The notes beneath the pieces are model-generated. The model was not told the origin of the DNA, ran no database searches, and saw only the letters and a list, made by a program, of their open reading frames with translations. A stretch of 64,000 bases of DNA, taken from contig CAXXHG010000014.1 of the NCBI GenBank assembly GCA_963666315.2, positions 1-64,000 of the forward strand. Reading direction: 5' to 3'. Numbering within the stretch: position 1 is the first letter of the stretch; the number at the start of each line of letters is the position of its first letter. Both the position numbers and the translations under genes were made by a program. Shown here piece by piece: positions 18,305 to 28,810 of this stretch. This DNA is from Candidatus Binatia bacterium. Its GTDB lineage: Bacteria; Desulfobacterota; Binatia; Bin18.

Positions 18305-19069
18305 ATGGGACGACTCAATGGGAAAGTTGCGATCATTACCGGTGGCGCGGGCGGCATAGGAAGCCAGGCAGGTAAGCTGTTCGTCCAAGAAGGCGCAAAA
18401 GTTCTTCTGGTTGACCTGAACGAAGATGCCCTCAAGCAGGCGGCTCAGACTATCGGCAGTGACGCAGTCGGCTATTGCGCCGCCGACGTGACGCAACCCG
18501 ATCAAACCCAGCAGTATGTTCAGGCGGCAGTAGACCGGTTTGGCGGGGTCGACATCCTGCTTGCCAACGCCGGCATTGAAGGCGAGGTCAAGCCGATCAC
18601 AGACTACTCAATTGAAACATTTGATAAAGTCATAGCCGTCAACGTCCGCGGAGTATGGCTCGGGTTGAAGTACGCGGCTCCGGAGATTGAAAAACGCGGC
18701 GGCGGCACCATTGTCATTACCTCATCGGTCGCAGGCGTACGCGGGACTGCGGGAATATCTGCGTATATCACCAGTAAACACGCCGTCATCGGTCTGATGC
18801 GCACGGCGGCCTTGGAAATGGCATCAAAGGGCATTCGGGTCAATACTGTCAACCCGGCCCCTATTGAGACACGTATGATGCGCTCACTCGAAGCAGGCTT
18901 CCAACCTGACGATCCAGGTCAGGCCAAAGAAGGCTTCGCCGCCATGCTGCCGCTGCATCGTTATGGCTCTCCAGAAGAGGTGGCCGGCATGATGCTTTTC
19001 CTAGCCAGCGACGAGAGTCGCTACTGCACCGGGGGCGTGTATATGGTCGACGGCGGCATGAGCGCCTAG
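18305..19069 (+). CDS. Short-chain dehydrogenase/reductase
   Basis: TGGAGGIG, NAGIEG, YITSK catalytic motif, VDGG. Confidence 0.94.
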   Translation: MGRLNGKVAIITGGAGGIGSQAGKLFVQEGAKVLLVDLNEDALKQAAQTIGSDAVGYCAADVTQPDQTQQYVQAAVDRFGGVDILLANAGIEGEVKPITDYSIETFDKVIAVNVRGVWLGLKYAAPEIEKRGGGTIVITSSVAGVRGTAGISAYITSKHAVIGLMRTAALEMASKGIRVNTVNPAPIETRMMRSLEAGFQPDDPGQAKEGFAAMLPLHRYGSPEEVAGMMLFLASDESRYCTGGVYMVDGGMSA

Positions 19070-19132
19070 ATCCGTTTTCATTGGTCTTTACCAAGCTTTC
19101 ATCCTCACCCACAGTCGCTAGGCAGACGTGGG

Positions 19133-19627
19133 TGCCTGGAACGTTAGCTTCATGGGGGATAGGCTATGAGGGCGAGCGGAGAGTCAAGCCCGATGTGATC
19201 TATGTCTCCATCTCAGGCTTTGGCCAGGTTGGACCGGATCACGACCGGCCGGGCTATGATCCTCTGGCCCAAGCTGCGAGTGGCTTTCTGCAAAATTCTC
19301 GACCACAATATCCGCCTTTGCCGCCAATTTGAGAAATACGTCTTGGCCTTCAGCCGTTCGCAGATCAAGGCTCAGGCTGCGTTTATTCCGGGTCACAATG
19401 GCGTGGGCACCAGAGACGGGAGGGTTTGTATTGGGCAGGAAAGGCGGCAAACGCCGACTGTCTTCACCCCCAGGCAGCTCAACTTTAATCACATCAGCTC
19501 CAAAGTCAGCCAACAGACAGGCACACATCGGTCCGGCCCCGGTCGTTGTGGCTTCTAAGACCCGTAGCCCGGCTATCGGACCCGTCAGATCTGTTCGTGC
19601 TTCACGGTAGAATTCGCTTTTGTCCAT
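19133..19627 (-). pseudogene. CaiB/BaiF family III CoA-transferase, truncated with an internal inversion
   Basis: Minus strand GPIAGLRVLE..ADFGADVIKVE..RNKRSL.LDL..ADIVVENF; the expected continuation PGT..WGIGYE..SISGFGQ.GP..RPGYD is on the plus strand at 19135-19290. Confidence 0.85.
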
Positions 19628-19770
19628 GAGACCCTCCTTCCGGCTCTGCCTGCATGCGGCGTCCAAAGCCTACGAAGTTCCGAGCCAGACGGCAACGGCT
19701 GGTGCGCACGCAACAGATTGTGCGGTACGCACGAGGTTGTATCGGACATCAACTGCGGTAGCATGCCGGT

Positions 19771-20819
19771 ATGACGAAGGCGGAAAAGCAACAGGCGGGG
19801 GCTCATCAGCTTGATCTGTTTACGCCGGCAACCTCAACCGCCTCTCCTCAGCCTCAGAAAAAACGAAGACAACAGTTCGAGCTCAGACCGGCGCCCCTGC
19901 CCTCTGAATTGCAGTCGGTTGCCCAGTCTCTGCCAGAAACTATTCGCCTCGGGACTTCATCCTGGTCTTTTCCCGGCTGGGACGGTCTGATCTACGAGCG
20001 ACCGACGCCACAGACACAACTGTCTCGTGAGGGGCTGACGGTCTACTCGCAGCACCCACTGCTGCGGACTGTTGGGGTGGACCGGACGTATTATCGCCCG
20101 ATGACGGCCGCGTAGTTCGCACCCTATGCCGAGCAAGTACCCGACACGTTTCGTTTTCTGATCTAAGCCCACGAATACTGCACGCTGAATCGCTTCAGCG
20201 ACCATCCTCGCTACGGGACGCGGCGGGGGCAACACAACGGCCTCTTTCTTGATCCGCAGTATGCAACCCAAGAAGTTGTGGGCCCGTTTATGGACGGGCT
20301 GCAAGACAGAGCCGGCCCCCTACTCTTTCAGTTCTCTCCCCAAGATTTCACCCAACTTGGCGGACCCGAGTATTTTGTCGAACGCCTGTATCAATTTCTG
20401 GATGCGCTACCCCGCGGCCCGTTGTATGCGGTTGAGTTACAGAACGCCGAGGTATTCGCACCTGAGTATGTTGACGCGTTATCCGCCGCTGGTGCGTGTC
20501 ACTGCCTGAACGGTCATCCCAGTATACCGCCCATCAGAGACCAAGCAGCCTTGGCCCAGCCAGGGCCGGCTTTGGCAGTCGTGATCCGCTGGATGCAGAT
20601 GCGGCACCTCAGCTATCAAACGGCAAAAGAGAAATATGCACCGTTTAGTCAGATTGTGGACGCGACCTCACCTCACGGAACGCGATTGCTGAGTTATGCC
20701 TTGACGCGACCGCCCGCCATCATCCAGCTTACGTGATTGTCAATAACAAAGCCGAAGGCTCAGCTCCGCTGTCTATTTTCCACCTGGCCGAACAGATTGT
20801 AGAAAAGATGGATACGTAG
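19771..20819 (+). pseudogene. DUF72 family protein, inactivated
   Basis: RLGTSSWSFPGW, GPLLFQF, YVIVNNKAEGSAP; nonsense codons at 20113 and 20164 plus a frameshift near 20665. Confidence 0.85.
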
Positions 20820-20862
20820 CGGCGAAGCATTCTCCTAACAGCCACAGAGGTAGCTAACGGCT

Positions 20863-21492
20863 TCATACGAGAATGCTTCGCCCGCCACTCCACACCAGCC
20901 CAATGCCAAACAGGACCAACAGCCCACCGCTGACTTGGAGTGCGATTCGATACCCACGTCCGTGCAAATGCGCGCGTCCGCCGTGGACGAGCACGGCCAG
21001 CAGCACCTTGGCCCCCACCAGGCATCCGTAAAAACCGAGCAGAAAAGCTATGATCGGCGCCCACCTGTCGTGCTGCGCGTTCATGGTCACCAAGGGTCCT
21101 CCAACCGTGAGCCAAAAGACATACGGGTGAGGATTCAGGAGATTGACCAGCAGGCCTTTACGGAAACTCTGGAGAAGACTTCCCTGTTCCTGGCCTGCTG
21201 AGACACGTGGTCCGACCATTGTCTGCAGGGTCTGCCAACCCAGAAAACACACATACCCTCCACCCATAATACTGAGCAGCGGCAGTACCATAGGCGGCAT
21301 CTGGGCCAAGAGTAGCAAGACGGCGCCTACGACAAGAACATCGGCAGCCGGAGGCGCGAAGGCCACCCAGGCCCCCGCCCGCCACCCACTCCGTAAGGTC
21401 TCATTGATGACCAGACTGGACAACGGACCGGGCGTAATACCGGCCCCGAGGCCTAAACTCATCGCAAAGAGCAGCGTCTGCCATACGGTCAT
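20863..21492 (-). CDS. LysE/RhtB family exporter
   Basis: GITPGP..LVI..TL..G..AG, GLLVNLLNPHP..FW; hydrophobic throughout. Confidence 0.88.
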   Translation of the reverse strand: MTVWQTLLFAMSLGLGAGITPGPLSSLVINETLRSGWRAGAWVAFAPPAADVLVVGAVLLLLAQMPPMVLPLLSIMGGGYVCFLGWQTLQTMVGPRVSAGQEQGSLLQSFRKGLLVNLLNPHPYVFWLTVGGPLVTMNAQHDRWAPIIAFLLGFYGCLVGAKVLLAVLVHGGRAHLHGRGYRIALQVSGGLLVLFGIGLVWSGGRSILV

Positions 21493-21571
21493 AGCGTTTC
21501 TCGGCTTCCTTCCATCGCTATCGTTTTTGCGCCATGATAGGGAACTCAGCAAGCGGGGAGGAGGCAGGTGT

Positions 21572-22165
21572 ATGGCTCACAATCCAGATTCGGATAGTTC
21601 GCACAATCTACATGACCACCAGCATCAGCACGATTACCATCGGCAACCTGATTTTCGGTTTTGCCCGAAATGTGGCGGTGTCTTAAACCGCCAGCTGCTC
21701 AAAGCAAACGACCCCAAGCGACTGGTGTGCGAAAATTGCTCTTTCATCTTTTATGATGACCCGAAAGTAGCCGCGTGCGCCATTCCTATTGTGGACGGGA
21801 AGATCCTCCTCCTCAAGCGCGGCATCGAGCCGGGCTATGGCAAATGGGTCTTCCCCGGAGGCTTCTTGGACCGTGGCGAGCGGGTGGAAGACGCCGCCAT
21901 ACGCGAGACGTGGGAAGAGGCCGGTCTCAAGATCGCACTCACCCGGCTGCTCAACGTGTACTCGTACACAGACCAGCGGGTGATAGTCATCGTGTATCTG
22001 GCCACAGTCCTCAACGGAACGCCACGGGCGCTGGATGAAACCTTAGAAGCCAAGCTGTTTGCGCGTACAGAAATTCCGTGGCAAGAACTCGCCTTTCCGA
22101 GTACGCGCGACGCGCTCTCTGAGTATATCTCACTCTCTGCTCCACCCCCGCGTGAAGACCGGTGA
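21572..22165 (+). CDS. Zn-ribbon NUDIX hydrolase
   Basis: FCPKCG..C..C Zn ribbon; PGGFLDRGE.VEDAAIRETWEEAGL Nudix box; His-rich N-terminus. Confidence 0.9.
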   Translation: MAHNPDSDSSHNLHDHQHQHDYHRQPDFRFCPKCGGVLNRQLLKANDPKRLVCENCSFIFYDDPKVAACAIPIVDGKILLLKRGIEPGYGKWVFPGGFLDRGERVEDAAIRETWEEAGLKIALTRLLNVYSYTDQRVIVIVYLATVLNGTPRALDETLEAKLFARTEIPWQELAFPSTRDALSEYISLSAPPPREDR

Positions 22166-22236
22166 AGAACCCGACCTAACTATTTTTAGCCAGATTTTTC
22201 TGGTAAACTACCGCAAATTTTTCCAGGAGGAACTTG

Positions 22237-22605
22237 ATGGCAGAAGAACAAATGTCGGCGGACGAAGCACTGAAGAAAGCCACATGGGGCTATGTCGGAG
22301 TTGCCGTGTTATGGCTCTCCCTCATTTTATCAGGCATCGCGCTTGAGAGGTTAGGACTGAGCGACGGATTCCTCACCGGACTTTTACCGGGTGAAGTCCA
22401 TGCCTTACGGGCAGAGAATACAGCACTCGACAAGCAGGTTCGAGAACTCAAAGATGCCAATCGACGCTTAGATGGGCTTATCGGACGCGAGGCGGCTACA
22501 GCCGAGGCGCTTGTTTATTGTCAGGCGGAGAACCGAGAAATTTCTGCTGAGATTAAAGAGCTCAAGGCTGGCGCCGCAGCCCCGTCAGAAGAGCCAGCTG
22601 GCTAG
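22237..22605 (+). CDS. Hypothetical single-TM coiled-coil protein
   Basis: RBS aggagg; one TM helix followed by a heptad-rich segment. Confidence 0.6.
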   Translation: MAEEQMSADEALKKATWGYVGVAVLWLSLILSGIALERLGLSDGFLTGLLPGEVHALRAENTALDKQVRELKDANRRLDGLIGREAATAEALVYCQAENREISAEIKELKAGAAAPSEEPAG

Positions 22606-22684
22606 GCATCTGCGCCCATCGTTCTCACGGCACGCCAGTGCTGGGGTGAAATATAATGTCACCAAACTCTGGCGCTGCTCTCGC

Positions 22685-22960
22685 TCAAGAAGCTTGTATT
22701 TGCGGCAAAAAGCTTGCCACCTGGCGGAGTCGTTCATCGCAGGCAGTCTTGATCCAGGCTTGGCGGGTAATACCAAGCCGCTGACACTCGGTATCAATTT
22801 GCTGCAGGAGATTCAGGGGAAAGTCCACATTCACGCGCTGCTTAGCGATATGCTTACCAGTGAAATATGCGGAAACATCCTCCCCTTTCTGCGCCCGCTT
22901 GGCAATCTCCTCGATCCCAATGCTTTTCTTGCTGGAACGTTCAACCGATTTCTTTCTCAT
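22685..22960 (-). CDS. CopG/BrnA-like RHH antitoxin
   Basis: GEDVS.YF, QRVNVDFP..L..ID..C..LGITRQAWIK; overlaps the toxin stop. Confidence 0.8.
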   Translation of the reverse strand: MRKKSVERSSKKSIGIEEIAKRAQKGEDVSAYFTGKHIAKQRVNVDFPLNLLQQIDTECQRLGITRQAWIKTACDERLRQVASFLPQIQAS

Positions 22961-23216
22961 ACGCTTGTCTCTCCACTGCCGTAGACTTCCATGCCGTGAC
23001 GACCCAGATCAGTTCTCCCAAGGGATCTTCCCGGTACTCAAGAATGAAAGTCGTCACTTGTCCATTGACAAAGCCAATAATCCGGTATTGCTCTGGATCA
23101 TCTGAACGCTGGTCTTCGAGATAGGGCAGAGAAAAAAGCTCATTCAGATCAGTGAAATCAATAGTGCGATCCCGGAGCACCAATTGACGCTTCTTCTCAT
23201 CCCGCCAAATACGCAG
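22941..23216 (-). CDS. BrnT-family toxin (start probably non-canonical, near 23216)
   Basis: LRIWRDEKKRQLVL..R.IDF, EQYRIIG, VVTAWKST..ER..YE; gtata-N5-tatac inverted repeat upstream at 23226-23240. Confidence 0.75.
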   Translation of the reverse strand: MRIWRDEKKRQLVLRDRTIDFTDLNELFSLPYLEDQRSDDPEQYRIIGFVNGQVTTFILEYREDPLGELIWVVTAWKSTAVERQAYEKEIG

Positions 23217-23356
23217 GTCAGAACAGTATAGTTTTTATACCTTTTTGAAACAGCTCGGTCTATAGCCGCCGACCTATCCAAGCACCGGCCCCCCGTCATG
23301 GGAGTGGCAGGACAATGGATACAGACAGATGCAGACGCGGGAGGAGGGGGTGCGAT

Positions 23357-24169
23357 CTACTGCCACTCATGTTGACGCTGAATAAACTCGGTCACGAGAT
23401 CAACGGTCGTATGTGCTAGTTCAATATTAAAGAGATGGCTGGCGTTTGACAGGATGGTCAGGTCGGCATTGGGAATGCGCTGGGCTAAGGTCGCAGAGTT
23501 TTCCGGCGGTACCAAGCCGTCTTCTTTTCCCGTAATGACCAGCGTCGGAGCCGTAATATCCGGAAGGCGACCGTAGGTATCGTGGCCCTGAATTGCCGCC
23601 ATTTGATTCAGCATGCCGTGTTTGGGCGTAGGATGCCGGCTGGAGAGCTGAGTCAGTTCGAGCAGGGTATTCATATGCTTTTGCATAAACCGAGGTGTGA
23701 CAGCGACTTTGGTCATGGCCAGTGCAGCTTGTTCCACCCCGAAGTCGGCAATATTCGTCAGCATATTCACGACTTCGGGATCTTGTGACGGCAGGGTCTT
23801 TTCTCCGCCGCAATTCGTACAGCCCAGTATCAGGCTCTTCACACGCTCCGGATAACGCAGGGCAAATTCTTGGGCAATCATCCCGCCCATAGAAATGCCA
23901 AACACGTGGGCCTGATCGATGCCGAGATGATCCAGGACACCGGCGGTATCGTCAGCAAACGTCGTCATGGCATACGGCTCATCCGGCTTATCGCTTTGGC
24001 CCACCCCACGGTTATCAAACACAATCGTCCGAAACGATTGAGCAAATCTCTCCACGTTCCAGTGCCAGCCCGCCGAGCTCATAGTAAAACCCATAATGAG
24101 GACAAGCGGCTCGCCTTGGCCGTGTTCTTCGTAGTACAGGTTGATTCCGTTGGATTCGACATGTGGCAT
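23357..24169 (-). CDS. Alpha/beta-fold hydrolase
   Basis: FDNRGVGQS, GISMGG nucleophile elbow, G.ED.LVP, ASHLF. Confidence 0.92.
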   Translation of the reverse strand: MPHVESNGINLYYEEHGQGEPLVLIMGFTMSSAGWHWNVERFAQSFRTIVFDNRGVGQSDKPDEPYAMTTFADDTAGVLDHLGIDQAHVFGISMGGMIAQEFALRYPERVKSLILGCTNCGGEKTLPSQDPEVVNMLTNIADFGVEQAALAMTKVAVTPRFMQKHMNTLLELTQLSSRHPTPKHGMLNQMAAIQGHDTYGRLPDITAPTLVITGKEDGLVPPENSATLAQRIPNADLTILSNASHLFNIELAHTTVDLVTEFIQRQHEWQ

Positions 24170-24197
24170 AGACTGCTCTTTCCTTCTTCGTTGTCGC

Positions 24198-24470
24198 CTA
24201 ATCGATATACGGACTAAAATTTTGCATGGCAGACAACAGAGCCTCAAGGTCTGCGTATTCACTCAGTTCAGCATACAGAAAGTCGTACTGACTGCGGACT
24301 TCCTCAGGATCTTGCTCGGCCGCGGGGACGGACATAAGCGCTTCAAACTCTTTGAGCATGCCTTGGGTTTGCAGTTTGGTTTCGATCGGCATCTCGTCAT
24401 CGGTGGCGATCAGCAGCTTCGTCTGCTTAATCAACCGTACGATCATTTCCGCATCGGTTCGCTCAGGCAT
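24198..24470 (-). CDS. Hypothetical acidic helical protein
   Basis: 90-aa ORF at operon spacing between the TPR and hydrolase genes. Confidence 0.6.
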   Translation of the reverse strand: MPERTDAEMIVRLIKQTKLLIATDDEMPIETKLQTQGMLKEFEALMSVPAAEQDPEEVRSQYDFLYAELSEYADLEALLSAMQNFSPYID

Positions 24471-24505
24471 ACAGACTCACAATCCATTTATTGGCTCTCT
24501 TGGCT

Positions 24506-24865
24506 CTATGTGCTCTCTTTATGCTCTTCTTGTTTCTGTTCTTTCAGCTGGCGTTTCCAGTCCAGCATGCGGGCTTGGGCGGCAACCGCCTCCGCTTCCG
24601 GAACCATGCCTTTTTGCTGGTATAAACGGGACAAGACGGTAAAGCTCATTTCATCCTCAGGGCTAAGCTCGGTCAACTTCTTGGCCATTTCTATGGCCTC
24701 GTCGAACTGTTCGTTATCACTATAGGCATGGGCCAGGTCGTGAACGGCTTCGACATAGTTCGGGTCGATATCTAGAATGGCTTTGTAGGCGGCGATAGCT
24801 TTGTCTGTCTCGTCGTCGCACAAAAAGTCGTACGCTTCATCGTACATTTCTTCGACAGATGGCAT
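24506..24865 (-). CDS. Tetratricopeptide repeat protein
   Basis: AIAAYK.IL..DPNY.EA...LA..Y..., EAI..AKK..EL.P. Confidence 0.85.
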   Translation of the reverse strand: MPSVEEMYDEAYDFLCDDETDKAIAAYKAILDIDPNYVEAVHDLAHAYSDNEQFDEAIEMAKKLTELSPEDEMSFTVLSRLYQQKGMVPEAEAVAAQARMLDWKRQLKEQKQEEHKEST

Positions 24866-25034
24866 GACCGTTATGTCCTCCGAGATTGCAGATTGTGCGA
24901 GAGCCCTACTCAGCGGAGCAGTTCTCTTCATGCAGCCAACCTAACTGATTTCATTGACGGCTCCAACCCCTCACCGCCCTCTTGTTGACAGGGTTTTCGC
25001 GACTTCTTATGCTCTTTCTTCCGTGAGTCCTCCC

Positions 25035-26108
25035 ATGAACACTCTAGTCAGCCGAGTGCTGGATTTTATCACCAGTCCGGGCGGCACAGACTTCGGGGCA
25101 TTAGCCCTGGCGGTCTTCGCGTATCAATTTGAAAACAACCTGCCCTACCAGCGCTTTTGCCTGTCCAGGGACAAAACGCCTGAGACGCTCTACACTTGGC
25201 AGAATATTCCAGCCGTACCTACGGTCGCTTTTAAAGAGCTAGACCTGACCTGCGGGCCGGCGGAAAAAATCTTTCTCACCAGCGGTACAACGCAAGGCCA
25301 GGAGAAGCGCGGGAGACACTTGGTGCCGGACCTGCAGCTCTACCACGCGTCTGCTCTGAGCCACTTCTCACAGTGTCTGCTGCCCGACGAGCGACGGCTT
25401 CGTATCCTGAGTTTGATTCCCCCGCCCGACATGCAGCCGCACTCGTCACTCAGCCAGATGGCCGCGTGGGTCATGCAGGAATTGGGGACGGACGACAGTT
25501 GCTATTTTATTGATCAGAACGGGATACACCTGGAAGCATTTGCCGAAGCCGTTGCGTACGCCCAGGAGAACACTGAGCCGGTCTGCGTCCTGGCTATCAC
25601 CTCTGCCTTGGTCGCCTTTTTCGATTGGTGTGCAGTTCGCGGCAAAACGTTTGGCCTGCCGTCCAGCAGCCGCATCATGGACACGGGCGGCAATAAAGGT
25701 AAAGGCCGCCCGATCTCACGCAACGGTTTTCTCCTGTCGTGCTGGAAGTATCTCAAGGTCGCCGGCTATTACTGCGTGAATGAGTACGGCATGACCGAGA
25801 TGGCGTCGCAGTTCTACGACCATGTGCTATACAACCGTTTTCGAAAAAGCAGCGAACCCCGCTATAAGATTGGTCCGGCCTGGACGCGCACGCTGGTAGT
25901 CGATCCTGAAACTTTAGAAGAGGTCACGCATGGTAAGAAAGGCATTTTGCGCCACTTCGATCTTGCCAACTGCGGCTCGGTTATGGCTATTCAAACCGAT
26001 GACGTAGGCTATCTGACCGGCGAGGGGTTTGAGATTGTGGGCCGGACGGCTGGCTCTGAGGCGCGCGGTTGTGCCCTCGTGTTAGACGAATTCCTGTCAG
26101 CGCAGTAG
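25035..26108 (+). CDS. LuxE-family acyl-protein synthetase
   Basis: IPAVPT.AFK, FLTSGTT, MDTGG.KG, NEYGMTEMASQFY, IQTDD.G, GR..GSEARGC. Confidence 0.88.
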   Translation: MNTLVSRVLDFITSPGGTDFGALALAVFAYQFENNLPYQRFCLSRDKTPETLYTWQNIPAVPTVAFKELDLTCGPAEKIFLTSGTTQGQEKRGRHLVPDLQLYHASALSHFSQCLLPDERRLRILSLIPPPDMQPHSSLSQMAAWVMQELGTDDSCYFIDQNGIHLEAFAEAVAYAQENTEPVCVLAITSALVAFFDWCAVRGKTFGLPSSSRIMDTGGNKGKGRPISRNGFLLSCWKYLKVAGYYCVNEYGMTEMASQFYDHVLYNRFRKSSEPRYKIGPAWTRTLVVDPETLEEVTHGKKGILRHFDLANCGSVMAIQTDDVGYLTGEGFEIVGRTAGSEARGCALVLDEFLSAQ

Positions 26109-26136
26109 GGTGCGCCCCGCGAACCGAGAACAGGGC

Positions 26137-26169
26137 GTCGGGTTACGCTCCGCTAACCCGACCTACGGG
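26137..26169. repeat. GTAG-type REP (family B), reverse orientation
   Basis: gtcgggttacgctccgctaacccgacctacggg is close to the reverse complement of the 12409 copy. Confidence 0.8.
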
Positions 26170-26264
26170 ACGGGCTTCATTGAGGTCAGGAATTTGTCAT
26201 TCTGAGCAGACGCGAAGAATCTCTTAGGCTCAGAGCAATAGGTAACTAGAATCAAGGTGCATGC

Positions 26265-27557
26265 ATGCCTCCCCTCTCCCCGGCCGAACTGAGTGCAACC
26301 ATTGACACCATTATAGACAATTGCGCACGTCATCTTGTCAACACACCAGTCCGGGAAGTCCTGGCATCTATAGACCAAGCTATTCTGCGCTGGCTCGACC
26401 CGAACTCTTCCGAACGTCAAGAAGCCGAGGCACGTCTGCCTGAAACAACCGGCCTCTCTCCGGAGATGATTCAGCACGTCCTGCCGCTTATTTTTCAGGA
26501 GTATCGAGCGAATAATTTAGAGGCGCTCTTGGTCGATGAGCTCGGCTCTCTTGAAGTCCTCGACCATTTTGTCTCATCTTCGCAAGGACATAAAAAAGCC
26601 TCCGGTCCACGACTGATGACCCATATCCTCGCCGGCAACCTGCCTGGGGCCGGACTCGACAGTGTCATCCTTTCCCTTGTGGTGAAGTCGGCCACTCTTG
26701 TCAAAGCGTCCTCAACAGAACCACTATTGCCAATACTATTTGCGCGTTCGACCCAGGAAATCGATCCTGACCTCGGTTCCTGCCTTGCTGTCGTCACCTG
26801 GCCGGGGGGGAAGGTTGATGTGGAAGACGTTGCTTTTACACGCGCGGACGTGGTCGTAGCGTCCGGATCAGACGAAAGCCTGGCGGCCATTCGCCAACGC
26901 GTGCGCGGCAAATTTATCGGCTACGGGCATAAAGTCAGCTTTAGCCTCGTCGCCAGAGAAGCGCTTGCTGCAGCAGAAGAGGTTGCCCAAAAGGCAGCCT
27001 ACGATGTTGCGCTGTACGATCAGCAAGGTTGTCTGTCCCCCCAGCTCATGTATGTCCAAGAGGGCGGAGCGCTTACGCCAAAAGACTTTGCCGCACTTCT
27101 GGCCCAAGGATTAGCGCATAGTCAAACAGTGCTGCCACGTGGCCCGGTCACGCCGGTAGTGAGTACGGCCATCCGAAAAGTCCGAGACGAAGCCGAGTGG
27201 CAAGCACTGGCAGGTAAAGATATCGTCTTGCACGCAAGTCCGCAGGGAACGGACTGGACGGTCATCTACGACTCCGATCCGACCTTCGTTCCGTCCCTGT
27301 TGTATCGAACTATTCGGGTCAAGCCATTGCAGAATGTCGAACAGCTCATTGGGATATTAGATTCGTGGCGACCATATCTCGAAGCCGTTGGTGTGGCGGC
27401 AAGTACCGAACGGATGATCACTATTGCAGGCACCTTAGGAGCACTAGGCGTCAGCCGTGTTTGTCCAATTGGCACCATGCAACTTCCACCGCTGAGTTGG
27501 CAGCACGGAGGAAGGCCGAGGATTGGCGATCTTGTACGGTGGGCTGGACTTGAATAG
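26265..27557 (+). CDS. LuxC-family acyl-CoA reductase
   Basis: HILAGNLP, LVKASS, GYGHKVSF, YDQQGCLSPQ catalytic Cys, GVSRVCPIG.MQ.P...W.HGG. Confidence 0.88.
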   Translation: MPPLSPAELSATIDTIIDNCARHLVNTPVREVLASIDQAILRWLDPNSSERQEAEARLPETTGLSPEMIQHVLPLIFQEYRANNLEALLVDELGSLEVLDHFVSSSQGHKKASGPRLMTHILAGNLPGAGLDSVILSLVVKSATLVKASSTEPLLPILFARSTQEIDPDLGSCLAVVTWPGGKVDVEDVAFTRADVVVASGSDESLAAIRQRVRGKFIGYGHKVSFSLVAREALAAAEEVAQKAAYDVALYDQQGCLSPQLMYVQEGGALTPKDFAALLAQGLAHSQTVLPRGPVTPVVSTAIRKVRDEAEWQALAGKDIVLHASPQGTDWTVIYDSDPTFVPSLLYRTIRVKPLQNVEQLIGILDSWRPYLEAVGVAASTERMITIAGTLGALGVSRVCPIGTMQLPPLSWQHGGRPRIGDLVRWAGLE

Positions 27558-27705
27558 GGGATGTAAAGATGGAGTGTCTTCTTCGTCTCGACGGAGGATT
27601 AAAAGTAGGATGGTGGATGAGAAGAGCATATAGATATAGATGCATCGCAGACAGTATCATGAGAGTTCGTCGGATCGAGCATCTACGCCGAAATGAATAA
27701 GCGCT

Positions 27706-28221
27706 ATGGAATTGGCATTGGACATAATACGAAACGGTGATTTGTCGGACGATGAAATTCGCTTCGTGGTCGCCTGGGACAACAAATTCTTCGGAAGTGA
27801 GTCTGCAGGAGAGAACCTCAGTCAGGCTGCTGTCCAATGGCGAATCCTGGCTCGATGTGGCGATAATTTCCTCGGTCACGCCGCAATCTCGGACATGCGG
27901 GTTTCGGTCATTGCCGCCTTTCCTGCGACCATGGCCATTGGCGGATTGTTCACACATTCCGAATTCCAAGGCAAGGGCATCGGCAACAGCATTATGGATG
28001 CCGCCGAACGATTCGTATTCGATGACAGGGAAGCGGAACTTATATTGCTGTTTTGCTTGGACTCACTTCGCGAGTTTTATGCCGGCAGAGGATGGAGAGC
28101 CATCACTGAGCCGGTACTACTCGAACAATCCAAGGGTTGGGTGGTATGGAGCGACACGACGATGGGCTTATCCCAGGCCAACCTCGAAATTGATGATTCC
28201 TCTGTCCGTGTTTACGCATGA
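27706..28221 (+). CDS. GNAT acetyltransferase
   Basis: FQGKGIG acetyl-CoA motif; FY...GW. Confidence 0.75.
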   Translation: MELALDIIRNGDLSDDEIRFVVAWDNKFFGSESAGENLSQAAVQWRILARCGDNFLGHAAISDMRVSVIAAFPATMAIGGLFTHSEFQGKGIGNSIMDAAERFVFDDREAELILLFCLDSLREFYAGRGWRAITEPVLLEQSKGWVVWSDTTMGLSQANLEIDDSSVRVYA

Positions 28222-28254
28222 CATCCTATCCGGATTGGGCAGACTACGATCACT

Positions 28255-28461
28255 ATGATACAAAATGATCAAGAACTGAAAGTTACCCGCGAACGTATTA
28301 CGCGTTTCGAAGATCAGGTCGCCCATTTACGCCAAGTAGAGACAAATCCCACGAACTACCACGCCTCGGCGTCTGGCTTTTTAGCCGAAATAGATCGTAT
28401 GCAATTAGAAGTGCGAGAATATTTATCTCTGCTCCCAGCAGAAATAGCTACGACAAATTGA
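28255..28461 (+). CDS. Small helical protein, antitoxin-like
   Basis: MIQNDQEL..T.ERI..F...EI..MQ.EVREYL pattern seen in small TA-associated proteins. Confidence 0.55.
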   Translation: MIQNDQELKVTRERITRFEDQVAHLRQVETNPTNYHASASGFLAEIDRMQLEVREYLSLLPAEIATTN

Positions 28462-28572
28462 GCAAAAAACTCGGATAACAGGGTGGCCACCTAACTAACG
28501 CACTAAAAAATTTTCGCTGTACCCCTAAAGATTCTGCTGAGCCTGATAATTTATCGCCAGGCAGTTCCTCAC

Positions 28573-28810
28573 ATGTATCACACATGGTACATGCTGGAGG
28601 TGTCGAGGAAGAAGCGGGGTGGATATTTATTCGTGACGTTTAAGGGCGACCACCCTCCTCGTCACGTACATGTTTTTCGAGGCAAGAGAGTCGTTGCCCG
28701 TTGGGATTTGACGAACCAGCGTATCCCTCTCGGGAACAGTTTCTGCACAGCTCAGACGATACCTCAAGGAACTCTATGAAGAAGACCTCTCGGAAAATAC
28801 AGGTGACTAA
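28573..28810 (+). pseudogene. DUF4160-like toxin, frameshifted
   Basis: GDHPPRHVHV motif; the C-terminus (..YLKELYEE) is in another frame. Confidence 0.6.

Noticed and set aside
21143-21571. Long N-terminal extension of the NUDIX ORF
   Set aside because: It overlaps the LysE gene in antisense; an RBS and ATG at 21572 give a normal-length protein.
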